64,000 bases of DNA. Source: Eledone cirrhosa (taxonomy: Eukaryota). A model generated the notes under the pieces. That model saw nothing but the letters and a program-made list of their open reading frames with translations. It searched no databases and was not told the origin of the DNA. The stretch is taken from positions 1 through 64,000 of the forward strand of contig CAXHJY010000894.1 of the NCBI GenBank assembly GCA_964016885.1. The letters run 5' to 3'. Below, piece by piece: positions 21,947-36,032 of this stretch (its first letter is position 1; each line of letters opens with the position of its first letter). The translations under genes and the position numbers were made by a program.

Positions 21947-22128
21947 ATATAATATATATATATATATATATATATTTTCATATTTGTGTATTTATATATA
22001 TATATTCATATGTGTATTTATATATATATTCATATGTGTATTTATATATATATATATATATTTATATTTGTGTATTTATATATATATATATTTATATTTG
22101 TGTATTTATATATATATATATTTATATT

Positions 22129-22159
<31 letters not shown>

Positions 22160-22160
22160 T

Positions 22161-22195
<35 letters not shown>

Positions 22196-22222
22196 GTATT
22201 TATATATATATATATTTATATT

Positions 22223-22257
<35 letters not shown>

Positions 22258-22532
22258 GTATTTATATATATATATATTTATATTTGTGTATTTATATATA
22301 TATATATATATATTTGTGTATTTATATATATATATATTTATATTTGTGTATTTATATATATATATATTTATATTTGTGTATTTATATATATATATTTATA
22401 TTTGTGTATATATATATATATATATATATATTTGTGTATTTATATATATATATATTTATATTTGTGTAGTTATATATATATATATTTATATTTGTGTAGC
22501 TATATATATATTTATATATATATATATATATA
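21947..22532. repeat. Compound (TA)n-TTTATATTTGTG minisatellite
   Basis: Directly visible repeated unit of about 30 bp. Confidence 0.9.
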
Positions 22533-22995
22533 GTGTTTGTTTCTGTGTATTTATATATATGTGTGTGTGAGAGCGAGAGAGAGAGAGACGACATTATACG
22601 ATACGCCCTTCCCCTTTTTTTTCTTTAGATGAGTAGATGCGGAAGGTGTTTTTTGCAAATCGAGCAAAACGTAGGGTTCTCTTCTGTGATTGACTGGCAA
22701 TGTCATTGTCAATATTTAATGTGAAGGGGACTGCTCTCCAACTGAGTAGCAGTCTATATGTTATGGTTTTATGAATGGAATTGCATTAAAACAAAATAAA
22801 AAAAGTGTTGTAAAAACTGCAATTCAACACGTCTACTTTTCTTCGTGTCACGATTGAAAGTTTCCTTTCCGATTCTTGAATACCGCAGAAACAACCGCTC
22901 GTCATCTGAAGTGGACACTATACCAATTGTTATACACACATATGTATATATATGTATATATATATATATATACATACATATATTTATATATTTAC

Positions 22996-23095
<100 letters not shown>

Positions 23096-23303
23096 GGTGT
23101 GTATATATAATCTTCGTCCATTTCCCCATCTTTATATTAATATACAGATATGTGTGAATGTATGGATGGGTGTGAATATATATATTTTTCAAAGGCGGTG
23201 CCCCAACATGGCTATGGTTTAATGGATAAAAACAGTAACTCTGTATGTCTGCATAAATGCATATATAAATGTAAGCTTATATATATATATATATACATAC
23301 ATA

Positions 23304-23350
<47 letters not shown>

Positions 23351-24704
23351 GTGTGTATATTTATATATACATACATACATGAATATTGAGTAGTGTCAGT
23401 TGTGAGATAGAATAGACCAATTTTACGCAATATATAACTTCTATTACTATCATTATACGATGGTTAAATCTTGATTTTGTGTGACATTTCAATTGAAAGC
23501 TACTAGAATTATTCATTAGTTTTCTTTTGTGGGCTAAGAAAAGGCCTATAGTTAATTGAATCGAACATCGTGTATTACTTGTGATTATTTTATGAACCGC
23601 CCAGCGATAAAAGGCAAAATTTGACGTACTGTAACAGTAGATTCTTACTATACTATCCATCATAATACACCATGTGTGTTTCTATCTATATTTGTCCCCT
23701 TCTTTTGTGCCCCTGTGGCTAATAAAGAAACATCTCTCTCTCTCTCTCTCTCTTCACACACACACATATATATATCCGTCTGTCGCGCTTTAAAATTTAC
23801 ACACAATGCATTTCCTATCTCAGTCATGTTGCTACAATAAGAAGTTCATTTTCCAATCACAAGGTCCTGGGTTCCAACCCAACCCAACATTTGTCCCTGT
23901 AAATAGTTATGAGTAATTTTTAATAGCTATTATTTCTCCAAAGTTACTCATAGATTTAATCCTGTTTGTCATTTATAGATCTATGCTGAACATTTTCGTA
24001 ATTATATCTTAGAAATAAATTATTAAAATCCTATCTTCTCTTTAATCTCTTCCACATGTCAGTAATCAACAAAAACTATGGGGTTTCTCTTATGCAAACT
24101 ATTAATTTATGAATATGGAAATTTGTATTATTCATATATATCCAGTAATCATGGTATATATGGCATCACATAGCAATCCTGGAGTCCAGAAATTAAATAC
24201 ATTTAACGCTATTGCTGTCATTATTGACGACAAGGGGTCCACTACTATTAATGATTGAGAAGGCGATGCAACTGAGGTTTTATACATCCGCACCCAGAAT
24301 CCGTCCAACACGAGTTAGTTTAACATAGAACACACCGTCTGATAAGAAGTATCTTCTAATCATATAAGATATTATCGAAAACAACCACTCAGACAGTTCT
24401 GGTTTATTCAGTATGCTGATAGATTCTTGTTTTCATTTTGTTTCAGATTTTAATTTTGTTTTAATTTTGTAATTTTTTTCTCGTTATTTTTTTTTGTTTC
24501 ATTTATTGTTTTTTAATTATGTAAATATTATATAGAAATATTATTTTAATTCCGGTGTTTTGAACAAGTAGCGCGTAGAATAGCATTATTACAATAGACC
24601 AATGAGATTCTCGTTTTGGGATATTCTGCTGAAATGTTATGCCAAATTTATTCTGCTATTGCTGATGTTTTATTATTGCTACTGTTGTTATTTTTTATTG
24701 TATT

Positions 24705-24922
24705 ATGGAACTTGGAGTCAGTCGCATGTCTGATGATCAAAAATCGCTTGAACGATACGCCAGGGGAGAGGCTGTCGTCGAAGATATTGCCTCGCCTTTG
24801 TTGGCCTGCCAAATGGCAGATCTGTTCAACGACAGAAGACTCAGTGACATATTCAAGGACCGTGACAGTTTGGTACAGGTTCTCGAAGCAGGCGAACCCG
24901 GCAGCATCAGCTTTGTGATCAG
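24705..24922 (+). CDS. Candidate host-gene coding exon (possibly the first coding exon), product unknown
   Basis: Non-repetitive, locally GC/CpG-rich frame MELGVSRMSDDQKSLERYARGEAVVEDIASPLLACQMADLFNDRRLSDIFKDRDSLVQVLEAGEPGSISFVIR ending at donor CAG|GTATAT (phase 2). CCAAT at 24599-24603 upstream. No downstream exon identified. Confidence 0.5.
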
Positions 24923-25099
24923 GTATATAATACATATATGCATCAATACTTAAACACACACACACACAATATGTATATATGAATGTGTGTGTGTGTGTTT
25001 CATCCTCGTTTAATGTCCCCTTTAAATATATTCACACAGACATAAATATACATTATATATATATATATATACGCACACACACATATGTATATATGAGTG

Positions 25100-25174
<75 letters not shown>

Positions 25175-25426
25175 ACATATGTATATTTATATATATATAT
25201 ATACACACACACTCACATATATACACATATATTGCAATCACATCGTGGAAGAAGAATTTTAGCCGTTCAAAAGCACAAAAAAACTGTTAACTTCATTATA
25301 CATTCCTCATTATTTCTTGATGTCAACATTTTCGTCACACTGTTTGCGCCCTGGTCAATGACACAGTTCCACGGCACATGATTTGAAACTTAGTTATTAG
25401 CTAGTTTTTATGGGCCTCAGGGGTTT

Positions 25427-25501
<75 letters not shown>

Positions 25502-25503
<2 letters not shown>

Positions 25504-25880
25504 GATATTAATAAATGGAAACCATAATTATTCTATTATATATATTTCAAGGGTACCAAAACTTTGACACGCTCTCATCAGATAAAATACAAAATTTGTT
25601 TTATAAATAGTGACATACCCAGGAATCAGACCTTAATAGTTCAGGTTCTCTGATTCCTGGGTATGTCACTATTTATAAAACAAATTTTGTATTTTATCTG
25701 ATGAGAGCATGCCAAAGTTTTGGTACCCTTGAAATATATATAATAGAATAAATATGGTTTTATAAATATAGTTTCCATTTATTAATATCATTGATATTAC
25801 AATCCAGAAAACTGTCGAGTGCTTCGAATCTGTTATAAATATATTTTTGGAATTACCAACAAATTAAATATCTCTTTGCT
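25502..25880. mobile_element. Small fold-back PLE-type pLTR insert with two inverted hammerheads and a ~89-nt tail
   Basis: 25502-25630 pairs with 25649-25791. Lies between (CT)n and (TA)n. Confidence 0.8.
25690..25750 (+). ncRNA. Hammerhead ribozyme (mirror copy at 25529-25589 on -)
   Basis: TATTTTAT CTGATGA gagcatgcca aagttt tggtaccctt GAAA TATATA TA ATAGAATA: 8-bp stem I and palindromic stem III ATATATAT. Confidence 0.78.
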
Positions 25881-26294
25881 TATATATATATATACACACA
25901 CACACACACGAGTGTGATCATCCATTTTACGTTCGTTTTTGTATGTACGTGTACATATGTGTGTTTATACATACGCACACACAACCATCTATTTGTGAAG
26001 GGGCATAATCTACTGGTGAGAGTGTTGGTCTCAACAATAAGGCTGTAGGTTCGCTCTCTGGATGGGGCAGTACATTATTTCACGATGTTCTAACCCATTC
26101 AGCTGAAAATATAAGTTCATATAAGCAACATATCTATCTGTCTACATACATATATGTTTGTATGTATGTATGTATATATATATATATATGTATGTATGTA
26201 TATATATATATATGTATGTATGTATATATATATGTATATGTATGTATATATATATGTATATGTATGTATATATATATGTATATATATATATATA

Positions 26295-26620
26295 CACATG
26301 GCTTAGTGGTTAGAGCATTGGCCTTGCAATCAAAAGGTTGTGAGTTCAATCCTCAGACCGGGTGATGTATTGTTTCCTTGGGCAAGACACTTTATTTCAC
26401 ATTGCTCCAGTTTACTCAGCTGTAGAAATGAGATGATAGGGACTGAGGTCCATATCATTCCACTGCAAAGTGGTCGTGGAGGTGCCACGGCAAAAAAGCA
26501 CCCAGCACTCACTGTAAATGAGGTTGGTGTTAGGAAGGGCATCCAGCTGTAGAAATCAAGCCAGAATCAGTTCCCGTCCCACCCTTGCAAGCAGGGAAAA
26601 GCGGACGTAAAAATTATGAA
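26295..26620 (+). mobile_element. tRNA-derived SINE family A (CORE-like centre, RTE-derived tail)
   Basis: A box TGGCTTAGTGG and B box GAGTTCAATCCT; centre CCTTGGGCAAGACACTT...CAGTTTACTCAGCTGTAGAAATG; tail matches the RTE 3' UTR. Confidence 0.88.
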
Positions 26621-27595
26621 AAAAAAAATATATATATTTATTTATTATAATGTTAAATATATTGCCGTATTTTACTAAAAATTATTCAACATAAAAAGCT
26701 GACTTATCTACCAAATCGTGTTTGAAATATTAAATTATTAAATAATTGTTTCTACTTTTGGCACAAGGCCAGCAATTATACAGTACATTACTGGTACTTT
26801 ATTTTATCGACCCCGTAAGGATGAAAGGCAAAGTTAACCTTGGCGGGATTCGAACTTTTAATTAAACTTTTAATTAAATTATTAAATAATTAAGCTGAAA
26901 TATAATCAGTGAGAGAGAGAGGTGGGACTTATCTGTTGCAATATATATATATAAATCAAGGAAGCAAAAAACGAACAAACAAGAGGATACAATAACATGA
27001 AGTGTATTAGTTTTATGCTTGGAGGAAGAAGAATAACACACAAATGCACACAAGTACATATTTCTGTTTTATATGGATATTTATGTATGAGTATTTATGA
27101 TATACAAATGGCAATATATACATATTGTAAAGGCCACCAGCTGTGCTTTTTCATTTAAAAGGTAGCTAATAGCACGTGTGTTTGTTTGACATCAAAGGTG
27201 GTATTTAGATTCTGCACAAACATATCCTATTGCTTGCTGGTTAGATGTGTGAAAATCTATGCTTTACATAAAAAGACAAAACAAATGCAGATTGGCATCA
27301 AGAAGGGCATCTAGCTATAGAATTCTGTTCCAAAAAATCTTATCTGGGCCCCTGTCAGCATGGAAAAAGGGTTGTAAAACTGATGATGACTATGTTGATA
27401 TATATATATCTGATGAACAGGCTGGGCATTTCTGTAGAGATCATCTAGTTTCTTGAAATCTTTGGTAATGGAATAATTATATTGTGTTGTTTATTATGTA
27501 ATTAAATAGCTCTCATAGAGCACTCTTCTTTCCTTTACCTTTTCTATGAAAATACTTAACACATAAAAACACACACATATGTATGTATATATGTA

Positions 27596-27637
<42 letters not shown>

Positions 27638-28489
27638 TAGATAGATTCTATAATACTGAGCTGTTTATTTTAAAGGGTTTATCATCATCATTTAACACCC
27701 ACTGTCTGTGTTAGTAATGGTTGGATGGATCATCATAAATCAAGTCTGTTGTTAGAGTTATTGATCTCTCAGATGGGCCGGGAAGTCATCATTTACAACT
27801 TTCCTGCACTCTAGAGTGCACCATTCATTTTATTGTGTCACCAGCGCTAGAGAGGTCATCATGTCCTTGACATAACTAAAGAGTCCTTGCTATCCTTTAT
27901 TTGACAAGTTTTCTATGGCTGTAATTATTTCCTGTCATCAAAACTAGAGAGGTTGTTGTACCATTGATACTACTGTAGTCTTCTCAGCCCTCATTTGGCA
28001 TGGTCTCTACAATTAGATGCCTTCTTATCACCAACCACCTTATAGAATACTGTGTTTTATCTTGGCACCAGCACTAAGGAGGTCGTTGGTCATTCACTCA
28101 ACTGAATTGCCTTCTCTACTCGATACGGTGGTAGGTAGGTTTGATGATAAGTAAGATGTCATGAGTAAGTGACAATAGGTGGGGCAGGGACAGTATAATG
28201 TCAGCAGTGCATTTTTTGTGGCACCAGCACTATTACTTTACAGGGTCTACTGAGGGTATTTTATCAAAGCACCAGCTCTAAAGAGGTTGTCGTGTTTCTC
28301 CAGAGTGAAGAGTCCTCTCAAACATTACAGTGTCTCTGGTAACTAACAGTGTAGCTTCTGGTCTCTTACAAAAGGTGGGAAAGTGGACGTAAAAACGATG
28401 ACGATGATGATATGAGTGTACTTAGGAAATGAGTATATATAGTGCTCATTCAGAAGAAGTACTAACCAAATTAGATTAAAGTTTCAATA

Positions 28490-30686
28490 TAATACTTAAC
28501 CTCCCCACGGCCAAATGGCCCGAAGGCCACCTCTTCTCAGGAATGACAGCACATGAACAAAGACAGACAGAATTCTTGCTGGACCTTGAAAACAGACTTC
28601 ATGGAACAGTGGTACTACACCCAACAAGAGGTGAGAATGACTTGGATCTCTCCTTCACAAATAACACAGCACTCATCCACAATGTAAATGATTTTCCCAG
28701 TTCATAACATAGTAGAACTAACAATATATAGTCTGAGGAAGACTAGATATCCAGCCAGCAGTAATCACCCAATTTCTATCCAGCCTAAACTTCCACAAAG
28801 CTAACTGGAAAAGGATTCAGGAGGAGATTCTGAAACAAAAGTCAACTGACACTCTCTCAATACAAGATGTTAATATTCAACTTGAGCATTTCCCCTGGAA
28901 AGAAAGGCCAACAGATACAAAAAGAATTATTCCCAGAAACAGACAAATCCTTATAAGATGGAGAACAAAGATCTCAAACTGGCTAAATGTACAACTAAAA
29001 AACAAGAAGGAATTCTATTTGAAGCAGGTACTGTTTGAAATGAAACTGAACTTAGACTCTCCCTTGAAAAGAAAAGGGCAGGAAGAAAAGCCAGTGTTAT
29101 AGAAAATATAAAAAGAAACTTAAGGCCTTCTTTAATTTCACAAAAGAGATTGCTTTGGTAGACTACAGGCTAGGGCTACTTTTCCATAAAAATGGCTCAC
29201 TGATCGCAGACCCCAACAATATAGAACAAGAAATATAAAAGTTTTTTCACACCCCCAATAAGACAGATGAGTTCTTTACCACTACTGTGTTACATGGAGA
29301 AATGGCAACTATCAACTAGATAGGTATAAAGGAAGAAGATATAACATCAGCCATAGATAAAATGAGACCAAATTCAGCTGCTGGACCTGATGGTTTCGCA
29401 ACAATCCTCCTAAAAACGTGCAAATGAACCTTAGTAAAACCATTGCAGATCCTCTTCCCAAACAGACCTGTCTTCCTGACCTCACATATGAGCAAAGTCA
29501 TAGAATGAATCATCAGAAGGAAACTAATTACAGTCCTAAAGGAAAAGGGCCAAGAAGACGCTGCCTTATACAGCTCTTACAGTATTATGACTAGATACTG
29601 GAACAGCTACTGGGCTGTTCAAGCTTGGATGTGATGTGTCCCAACTTTGCGAAGTCCTTTGATAAGGTTGATCATAGAAGGATATATCACAAATGGCATA
29701 GTTGGAAAATTAGGTGAATGCCTTCATGACTTCTCAAAAGACAGAAGTGAAACTGTTGCAACCAACGGGGTCCTCTCAAGGAAACATTAATAACAAGTGG
29801 TGTGATCCAGTGAACTGTCTCTTGGGACCACTATTATTTGTGGTGGCTCTCTCTGACATGTCCTCTGTAATACAGACAGCCTCCCTTACAACCTATGCTG
29901 ATGACACAAAAGTAGCATAGGCAATCAAGAAACCGGCTTTTGTTACTCTCTTACAACAAGATTCGGATGCCATATGAGGACAACAATATGCAGTTTAATG
30001 CTGGAAAATTTCAAGCCATCGCCAATCAGCCCACAAACACAAGGCCACTACAAGAACGCTAAACTAGATGAAGGGGAATCAAAATCCCTGAGTTGAAATT
30101 AATACGGGACCTGGATATTGATATGAGCAATGAGGCATTGTTTCATGCACACACACACACATCACTAACATAGCAGTAATGTGCAGATGACTGACTGGTT
30201 GGATTCTGAAGATTTTCAGGACAAGAAGCCAGGAAACCATGTTGGTCCTTTGGGTGATATTTGTCTTCAGCCGACTGGACTATTGCTCACGGCTATGGTT
30301 GTTCCACAGTGTCAACCTAACCACAGAACTTGAAGCAATCCAACAAAGCTACACCGAGAAGATTGCCTCAATGAAGATGATGATGTACTGAGAGAGCCTG
30401 AAAGGATTAAATATCTATTTTCTGGAATGAAGATAGAACAGATATGCAGTGATATACATATGAAAGTTCCTGGAAGGATTAACCCCAAACTTTGGCATTG
30501 AGAGCTAGACCAACCCTAGAAAATGGTGCCACTGTGTAGTGCCAAAGGTCCCATCCTTCATATCCAGAGTAAGGACCAGATACTCCAATAGTTTTGGGTT
30601 CAAATGCCCCCAGCTGTTTAATAAGCTGCAAAAACCTGAGAGGTCTACACATGGAGGACGTAGGTGTTTTAAAGAATCATCTTGAT
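28490..30686 (+). pseudogene. Old, heavily decayed CR1-type LINE
   Basis: Remnant motifs NSAAGPDG, NFAKSFDKVDH, LGPLLF, YADDTK, RLDYCS and QLFNKL with many stops. Confidence 0.8.
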
Positions 30687-31371
30687 GTGTGTGTATATAT
30701 ATATATATATACACACACAGACAGTCAGGTCGTTCTCAAGTTCTATGGGTACAATGTAACCCAGTACAACCTGTTGCATATCCGGATTGTTGAGGATCCC
30801 CCATTAAGCTTGCTTGATAAAGGAGGGTGATATGAGACACTGCGGGATGAAAAACAAAACCCGACAAAGGACAACGGAACTGATGATAGTCAATGGCCAT
30901 CCAAAAGTATGTATGTATATACATATATTATGTGCAAGGACATAGAAATAGTCAGGTTGATCTCAGTGTGCAGCAAGTCTACTTAGAGAGACCCCAGATG
31001 CTTGTTAGGATATCTCTCTGGGACAAGGAAACTGATCTAAAACCTGATGCTCAATAGGAACTGATGGTGTTGGTCTGTTCTTCTTTTCAGATTATGGCTA
31101 TTGTTGCTCAGTGAGTAGGATTGGTCACAGCTATCTTGGCATCGAAGGGAGAGAATCTGATGGCACTGTTTCTGGATTATAATCAATAAATTTTAACTCT
31201 TGATACAATGGAACCTCACCTAAATACACACACACCACACAACAACAAAATGCAATCTAAGGAACTTTCTATTTAAATCAATAGACTTTTCTAGTAAATC
31301 AATTGAATCTGACTTGTTGAACCCCATTTCCACACCACCTTCATAAAGAATATATACAAGAAGAGATTTTG

Positions 31372-33200
31372 AGAGAAAAGACATATGACTGCATTCCATG
31401 AGACCAGTTGTGGAAGGTTCTGTAAATGTATGGGATCAATGGAAAGTTTCTCATTACCCTGATGTCTCTATGTGAATGCCCTAGTATTTGTGTTCGGATA
31501 AATGGTGCTAATCGAAACCATTCAATGTGGGTATTGGACTCTGCCAAGGGTGCATATTGTCAGTTCTCTTGTTGATAATCTTCTTGGACAGGATTGCTAT
31601 ATGCAGATGGGTTGGAAGTGGTATCAAGACTGGCAGGTGTAGGATCAGTTGGCCAAAATTTGCAAGATTGAAAATTAGTATTGCAAAGACTGAGACACTC
31701 ATCCTCACAAGGAAGCCTGCTTAGTGCAAACTACATGTGAGTAGAGTTTCACTGAAGCAAGTGGAGAAATTCAAGTACCCTTGAGAGCGTGTTCACATGT
31801 GATAGAAGGCAGGAGGCTGAATTAAGTGAAAGAATGCAGGAGCTGCTGCAGTAATGCACCAGTTTCAGCATTCGGTAATCAGAAGAAGGGTGGTAGGTGT
31901 AAAAGTCAAACTCACTATCTTCAATTTGTTATTCGTACCAACCCTTATCTGTGGTCATGAATCTTGGGTAATGACCAAAAGAATATGATCGTGAATACAA
32001 GTGGCCAAAATGGGGTTCCTCCAAAGGGTCTTTGGAGTAATGTGACTTGAGAGTGTGTAGCTCAGAGATCAGAGAGTTGCTCCAGTTAGAGCCCCTACTT
32101 CTCTGAATTGAGAGATCACCATCATCATCATTTAATGTCCATTTCTCCACTCTAGCATGGGTTAGATGAGTTGTCCCATTGTGAGACAAGTCAGATCAGA
32201 TGTCCATATCTTGATCAGACAGAACTGTTTCTGGCTTGGTTTCTATGCTTGGATGCTCTTCCTAACGCCGACTATATTTGCAATGTGGACTGGGTGCTTT
32301 TATCATGGCACTAATACGACCACTTTACAGTGTGGACTGGTCGCTTTTTGTCTTGACACCAATACGACCACCTTACAGTGTAGACTAGGTGCTTTTTATT
32401 GTCACTAACACAACCACTTTACTGTGTGGTGTGGGAGAGGTGCATGTGTGTGGTGTGGGAGAGGTGCGTGTGTGTAGTGTGGTGTGGGGGAGGTGCATGT
32501 GTGTAGTGTGGTGATTGGAAAGGTAGGTATAGAGTGGGGGTGTAATGACGTGGGTGAAGAGTGGCGTATTAGGAAATGGTGTATAGGATGGATTGTTAGG
32601 ATGTGGTATGTGTATGAAAGTGGGGAGAAGGGGAAGTGGTATATACTAGATGTATGACTCAATCCATGCTCCTGGAAAGGCAGGTCTTCTGCATAACTGT
32701 TACAGACATGTGGTTAGAATGTTTCAGGAAAGAATTGCAGGTCAGATTTTATGGCAAGAGACCCAGGGGGTAGACCCCCAAGCAAAATGATCTCAGCTTT
32801 TTTTTTGGGGCAAGTATTTCAAGTATTGAATGGAGGGTTCTGAGACTTATCTTGATGGTTTGAAATGGATGGACCAGACATGTTTGATTGGAAATTTATA
32901 TATCAGATATATAAATTTCAATGCCAATATGAAAGTTGTAAACTTCATGACCAAAATTGTTACATTAGTCACACAAGTTCAACTCTTTCCTGTCAATTAA
33001 TACAATTGCGAATACAAGTGGTTGAAATGAGGTTCCTCCGAAGGGTCTTTGGAGTAATGTTACTCGACAGAGTGCATAGCTTTTAAATCAGAGAGTCACT
33101 CCAGGTAGAGTTGTTACTTCTCCGAATTGAGAGATCACAGCTCTGTTATTACAGGCATGTGGTTAGAATGTTTCAAGAAAGAATTGCTGGACAGATTTTA
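31372..33200 (+). pseudogene. Decayed RTE-like LINE fragments (second family), interrupted by an inverted RTE 3' UTR at ~32117-32420
   Basis: EKTYD..P, GLCQGCILS and VPTLICGHESWVMT motifs; duplicated 3' piece at 33005-33200. Confidence 0.65.
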
Positions 33201-33374
33201 CGGACAACAAGGTACAATCACAACACATTTCCATACAGTACATGCAAAAAAATTAGATAGGACTACATTAGTCACTAACATTACAATTCTATACAGAATT
33301 CCACTCAAAACATGAAAAATACTTTTAAAAAGTGATCAAACTAGAGCTTTTCAGTATATATGTGTGTATATATA

Positions 33375-33706
33375 TGGAGGCACATGGCTTAGTGGTTAGA
33401 GCATTGGCCTTGCAATCGAAAGGTTGTGAGTTCAATTCTCAGACCGGGTGATGTGTTGTGTCCTTGAGCAAGACACTTTATTTCACATTGCTCCAGTTTA
33501 CTCAGCTGTAGAAATGAGATGATAGGGACTGGGGTCCCTATCATTCCACTGGAAAGTGGTCGTGGAGGTGCCACGGCAAAAAAGCACCCAGCACTCACTG
33601 TAAATGAGGTTGGTGTTAGGAAGGGCATCCAGCTGTAGAAATCAAGCCAGAATCAGTTCCCGTCCCACCCTTGCAAGCAGGGAAAAGCGGACGTAAAATG
33701 AAATGA

Positions 33707-33710
<4 letters not shown>
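33375..33710 (+). mobile_element. tRNA-derived SINE family A, full length
   Basis: GGAGGCACATGGCTTAGTGG head, B box, CORE-like centre and RTE tail ending GGACGTAAAATGAAATGATGAT; inserted in a TA tract. Confidence 0.92.
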
Positions 33711-33741
<31 letters not shown>

Positions 33742-34575
33742 CCTCATTTAAAGTCTAATGCTAGCAAGGATTGTTGTGTTGTGATTCAAGAGTCCTTTCT
33801 AACTGACAGTGAGGTATGATTGAGATACATATGTGTTTGTGTGTGTAATTATTTACATCAAAGTTGTAATTGCACTGTAGCGACATAAGTTACATATATA
33901 TATCTGTAATGTGGTTGTGTAGGAATCGCAATAAAAAGTACCCAGTCCATGCTGTAAAGTAGTCATGTCAGCGACACGACAAAACGTGCCCAGTCCAAGC
34001 TGTAAAGTGTTTGTGTAAGTTACATGACAAAAAGTACCCAGCACACACTGTAAATGTGGTTGATGTTAGGAAGGGCATCCAGATGTAGAAACCAAGCCAA
34101 AATCAGCCCCGGGTGAGTGAAGCACAGTCCTCTGACCTGATTCTCTCCTAAAGGGTCAGCCCGTCCTACCCATGCTAGCATGGAAAATGGACTTTAAATG
34201 AAAAAGTTTAAAAAAAAAACTCTACATATTTAATAATTTCCTGTGAAGAGCTCTGGTGGTCCCAATTGGTTAAATTAATGTATCTTAAATTATTAGATCG
34301 CATAAAAGTGTTGCTTAACCCTTTCATGATTGTATTTCTAATGAAATACACTTATTTTAATTCATTAAAGAAGAATTTTGAGTAATTTACTAAGATTTTT
34401 AACTTAACTTATGATTCATCATCACCATTTTAACGTCCACTTTTCGTACGAGCAAGCGTTGGATGGGTCTACATAGACCAAGTCAGTACTAAAGCGGGGC
34501 TTTATATATATATATTTATATAGTGTGTGTGTCTGTATTGAACACAAGTCAGAGATAGAAGGTTAATTAGTACAG

Positions 34576-34706
34576 TGTTTTACGATCGTTTCAGAGGGTT
34601 GATTGATCATGGTAGATCAATATATCAACTAACAGGTAGCTGTTCTATTGCTACCTGTTTCTAATCTTGAAATTTGTTATTAAGCCCACCGTCTTCTTCA
34701 GAAACA
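34576..34706 (-). ncRNA. Hammerhead ribozyme with a ~100-nt branched stem II, in a ~190-bp insert (34522-34708) within TA runs
   Basis: Reverse complement: TGTTT CTGAAGA AGAcGGT...[AACAGGTAGC/GCTACCTGTT][ATTGATC/GATCAAT]...ACCcTCT GAAA CGATCG TA AAACA. Palindromic stem III ACGATCGT, GUA site. Confidence 0.72.
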
Positions 34707-35020
34707 ATATATATATATATAATTGTGTTGAAAATTTTTAATTTCTTTAAAATGGGTGGTTTTGTTCCATAGGATGACAGCCAGCTTTGACAAGGTTACT
34801 ACTTAAAGTAGTAAAAGGATTACAAGGTTAAAATTATGTTGAAAGATTTTAATTTCAATAGGAACCTTATAAAATGGGCAGTTTTCTTTTATAAGTTGCA
34901 AGCCAATTTTGGCCAGGTTAGTAATAAAAGGGTTACATATCATATGGCAGGGTTGTAAGGTTTAATGCATTAATTTCAAGAGTCTTCCAAAATCTCTTTT
35001 ATTCCTTCCAGTTTTGCCTT

Positions 35021-35720
35021 CATCATTATCATCATCATTATCATTTTTACGTCTGTTTTTCCCCTTTTGCGTGGGTTGGATGGGACCTTTTTGGCATTGT
35101 TTCAGCGATTTGAGGTCAGCTCTCACCTCCTCTGCCCAGGTCTTTCTTGGTCTACCTCCACTGCAGCTTCCTTCCATTGGAATTTCTTGGCACTTCTTCA
35201 CCCAGTGATCATCATCCATTCACATCACATGTCCATGCCGATGCAGTCTTCTCTCCTGCAACCACCTCAGATTCTTCTTAAACCCAGTTTTACCTTCAGC
35301 TCATCGAAGCTCTGCGATTCTCTCACACTTACATTGTATATCCAACAAAGCATGGTTGCTTCATTTTTCCCCAGCCTATCCATGTCCTCTGCAGTCACAG
35401 CTGATATTTCACTACCATACAGCATCACACTTCGCACACAGTCATCCTTTTGTGCATAGGGAGAAACCTTTTGTTAACAGTGGGAGTAGCTGTCTAAACT
35501 TTTTCCATCCTATCCTTATTCTAGCTATTATGCACCCTCCTCCTCTGCTAATTAAGGCACCTAAATAGCAGAAGCTATCAACCACTTCTGTGGATCTTTC
35601 ATGTGATTGGAAAAGGTTTATATCACTGACACTCTTCCCCTCGATTACCCCTGTGCATCTTCTACATACAAAGTCTTCCCATGTCGTTTGTCTATCCATT
35701 ATCCCTGTACATTTCTTGTG
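35021..35720 (-). pseudogene. Decayed RTE LINE 3' fragment
   Basis: VVDSFCYLG, RIRIGWKKFRQLLPLL and GRPRKTW in the minus ORFs; (CAT)n tail. Confidence 0.88.
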
Positions 35721-35992
35721 TACCTAAGATTTACATTGTCTTATATATGTATATATATATGTATATATATATTTGTATATGTGTAATTCTGTTACTATCA
35801 ACCTGGATGTCCTGCTTACCATTCACCTGCGCTTCCATGAAATTTCTTTGTTTGGTTCACTGCAGTGCAGCAGCAGCAGCAACAGCAGCTGTTTGACTAT
35901 AAGTACGGCCCTCTGCTGTTGTGGAAATTGCTAGCTCTACAGTAGCTGTTGCTAAACTGCAGCAACAATCAAAATGATCGTTAAGTCGTCAC

Positions 35993-35993
35993 T

Positions 35994-36032
<39 letters not shown>

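Noticed and set aside
27405-27475. CTGATGA...GAAA hammerhead candidate (also 24339-24395 and 56377-56475)
   Set aside because: Stem I or stem III pairing is absent or the core is mutated; these cannot be distinguished from chance.
33375-33450. tRNA genes at SINE heads
   Set aside because: A and B boxes are present, but there is no closed acceptor stem and they continue into SINE bodies.
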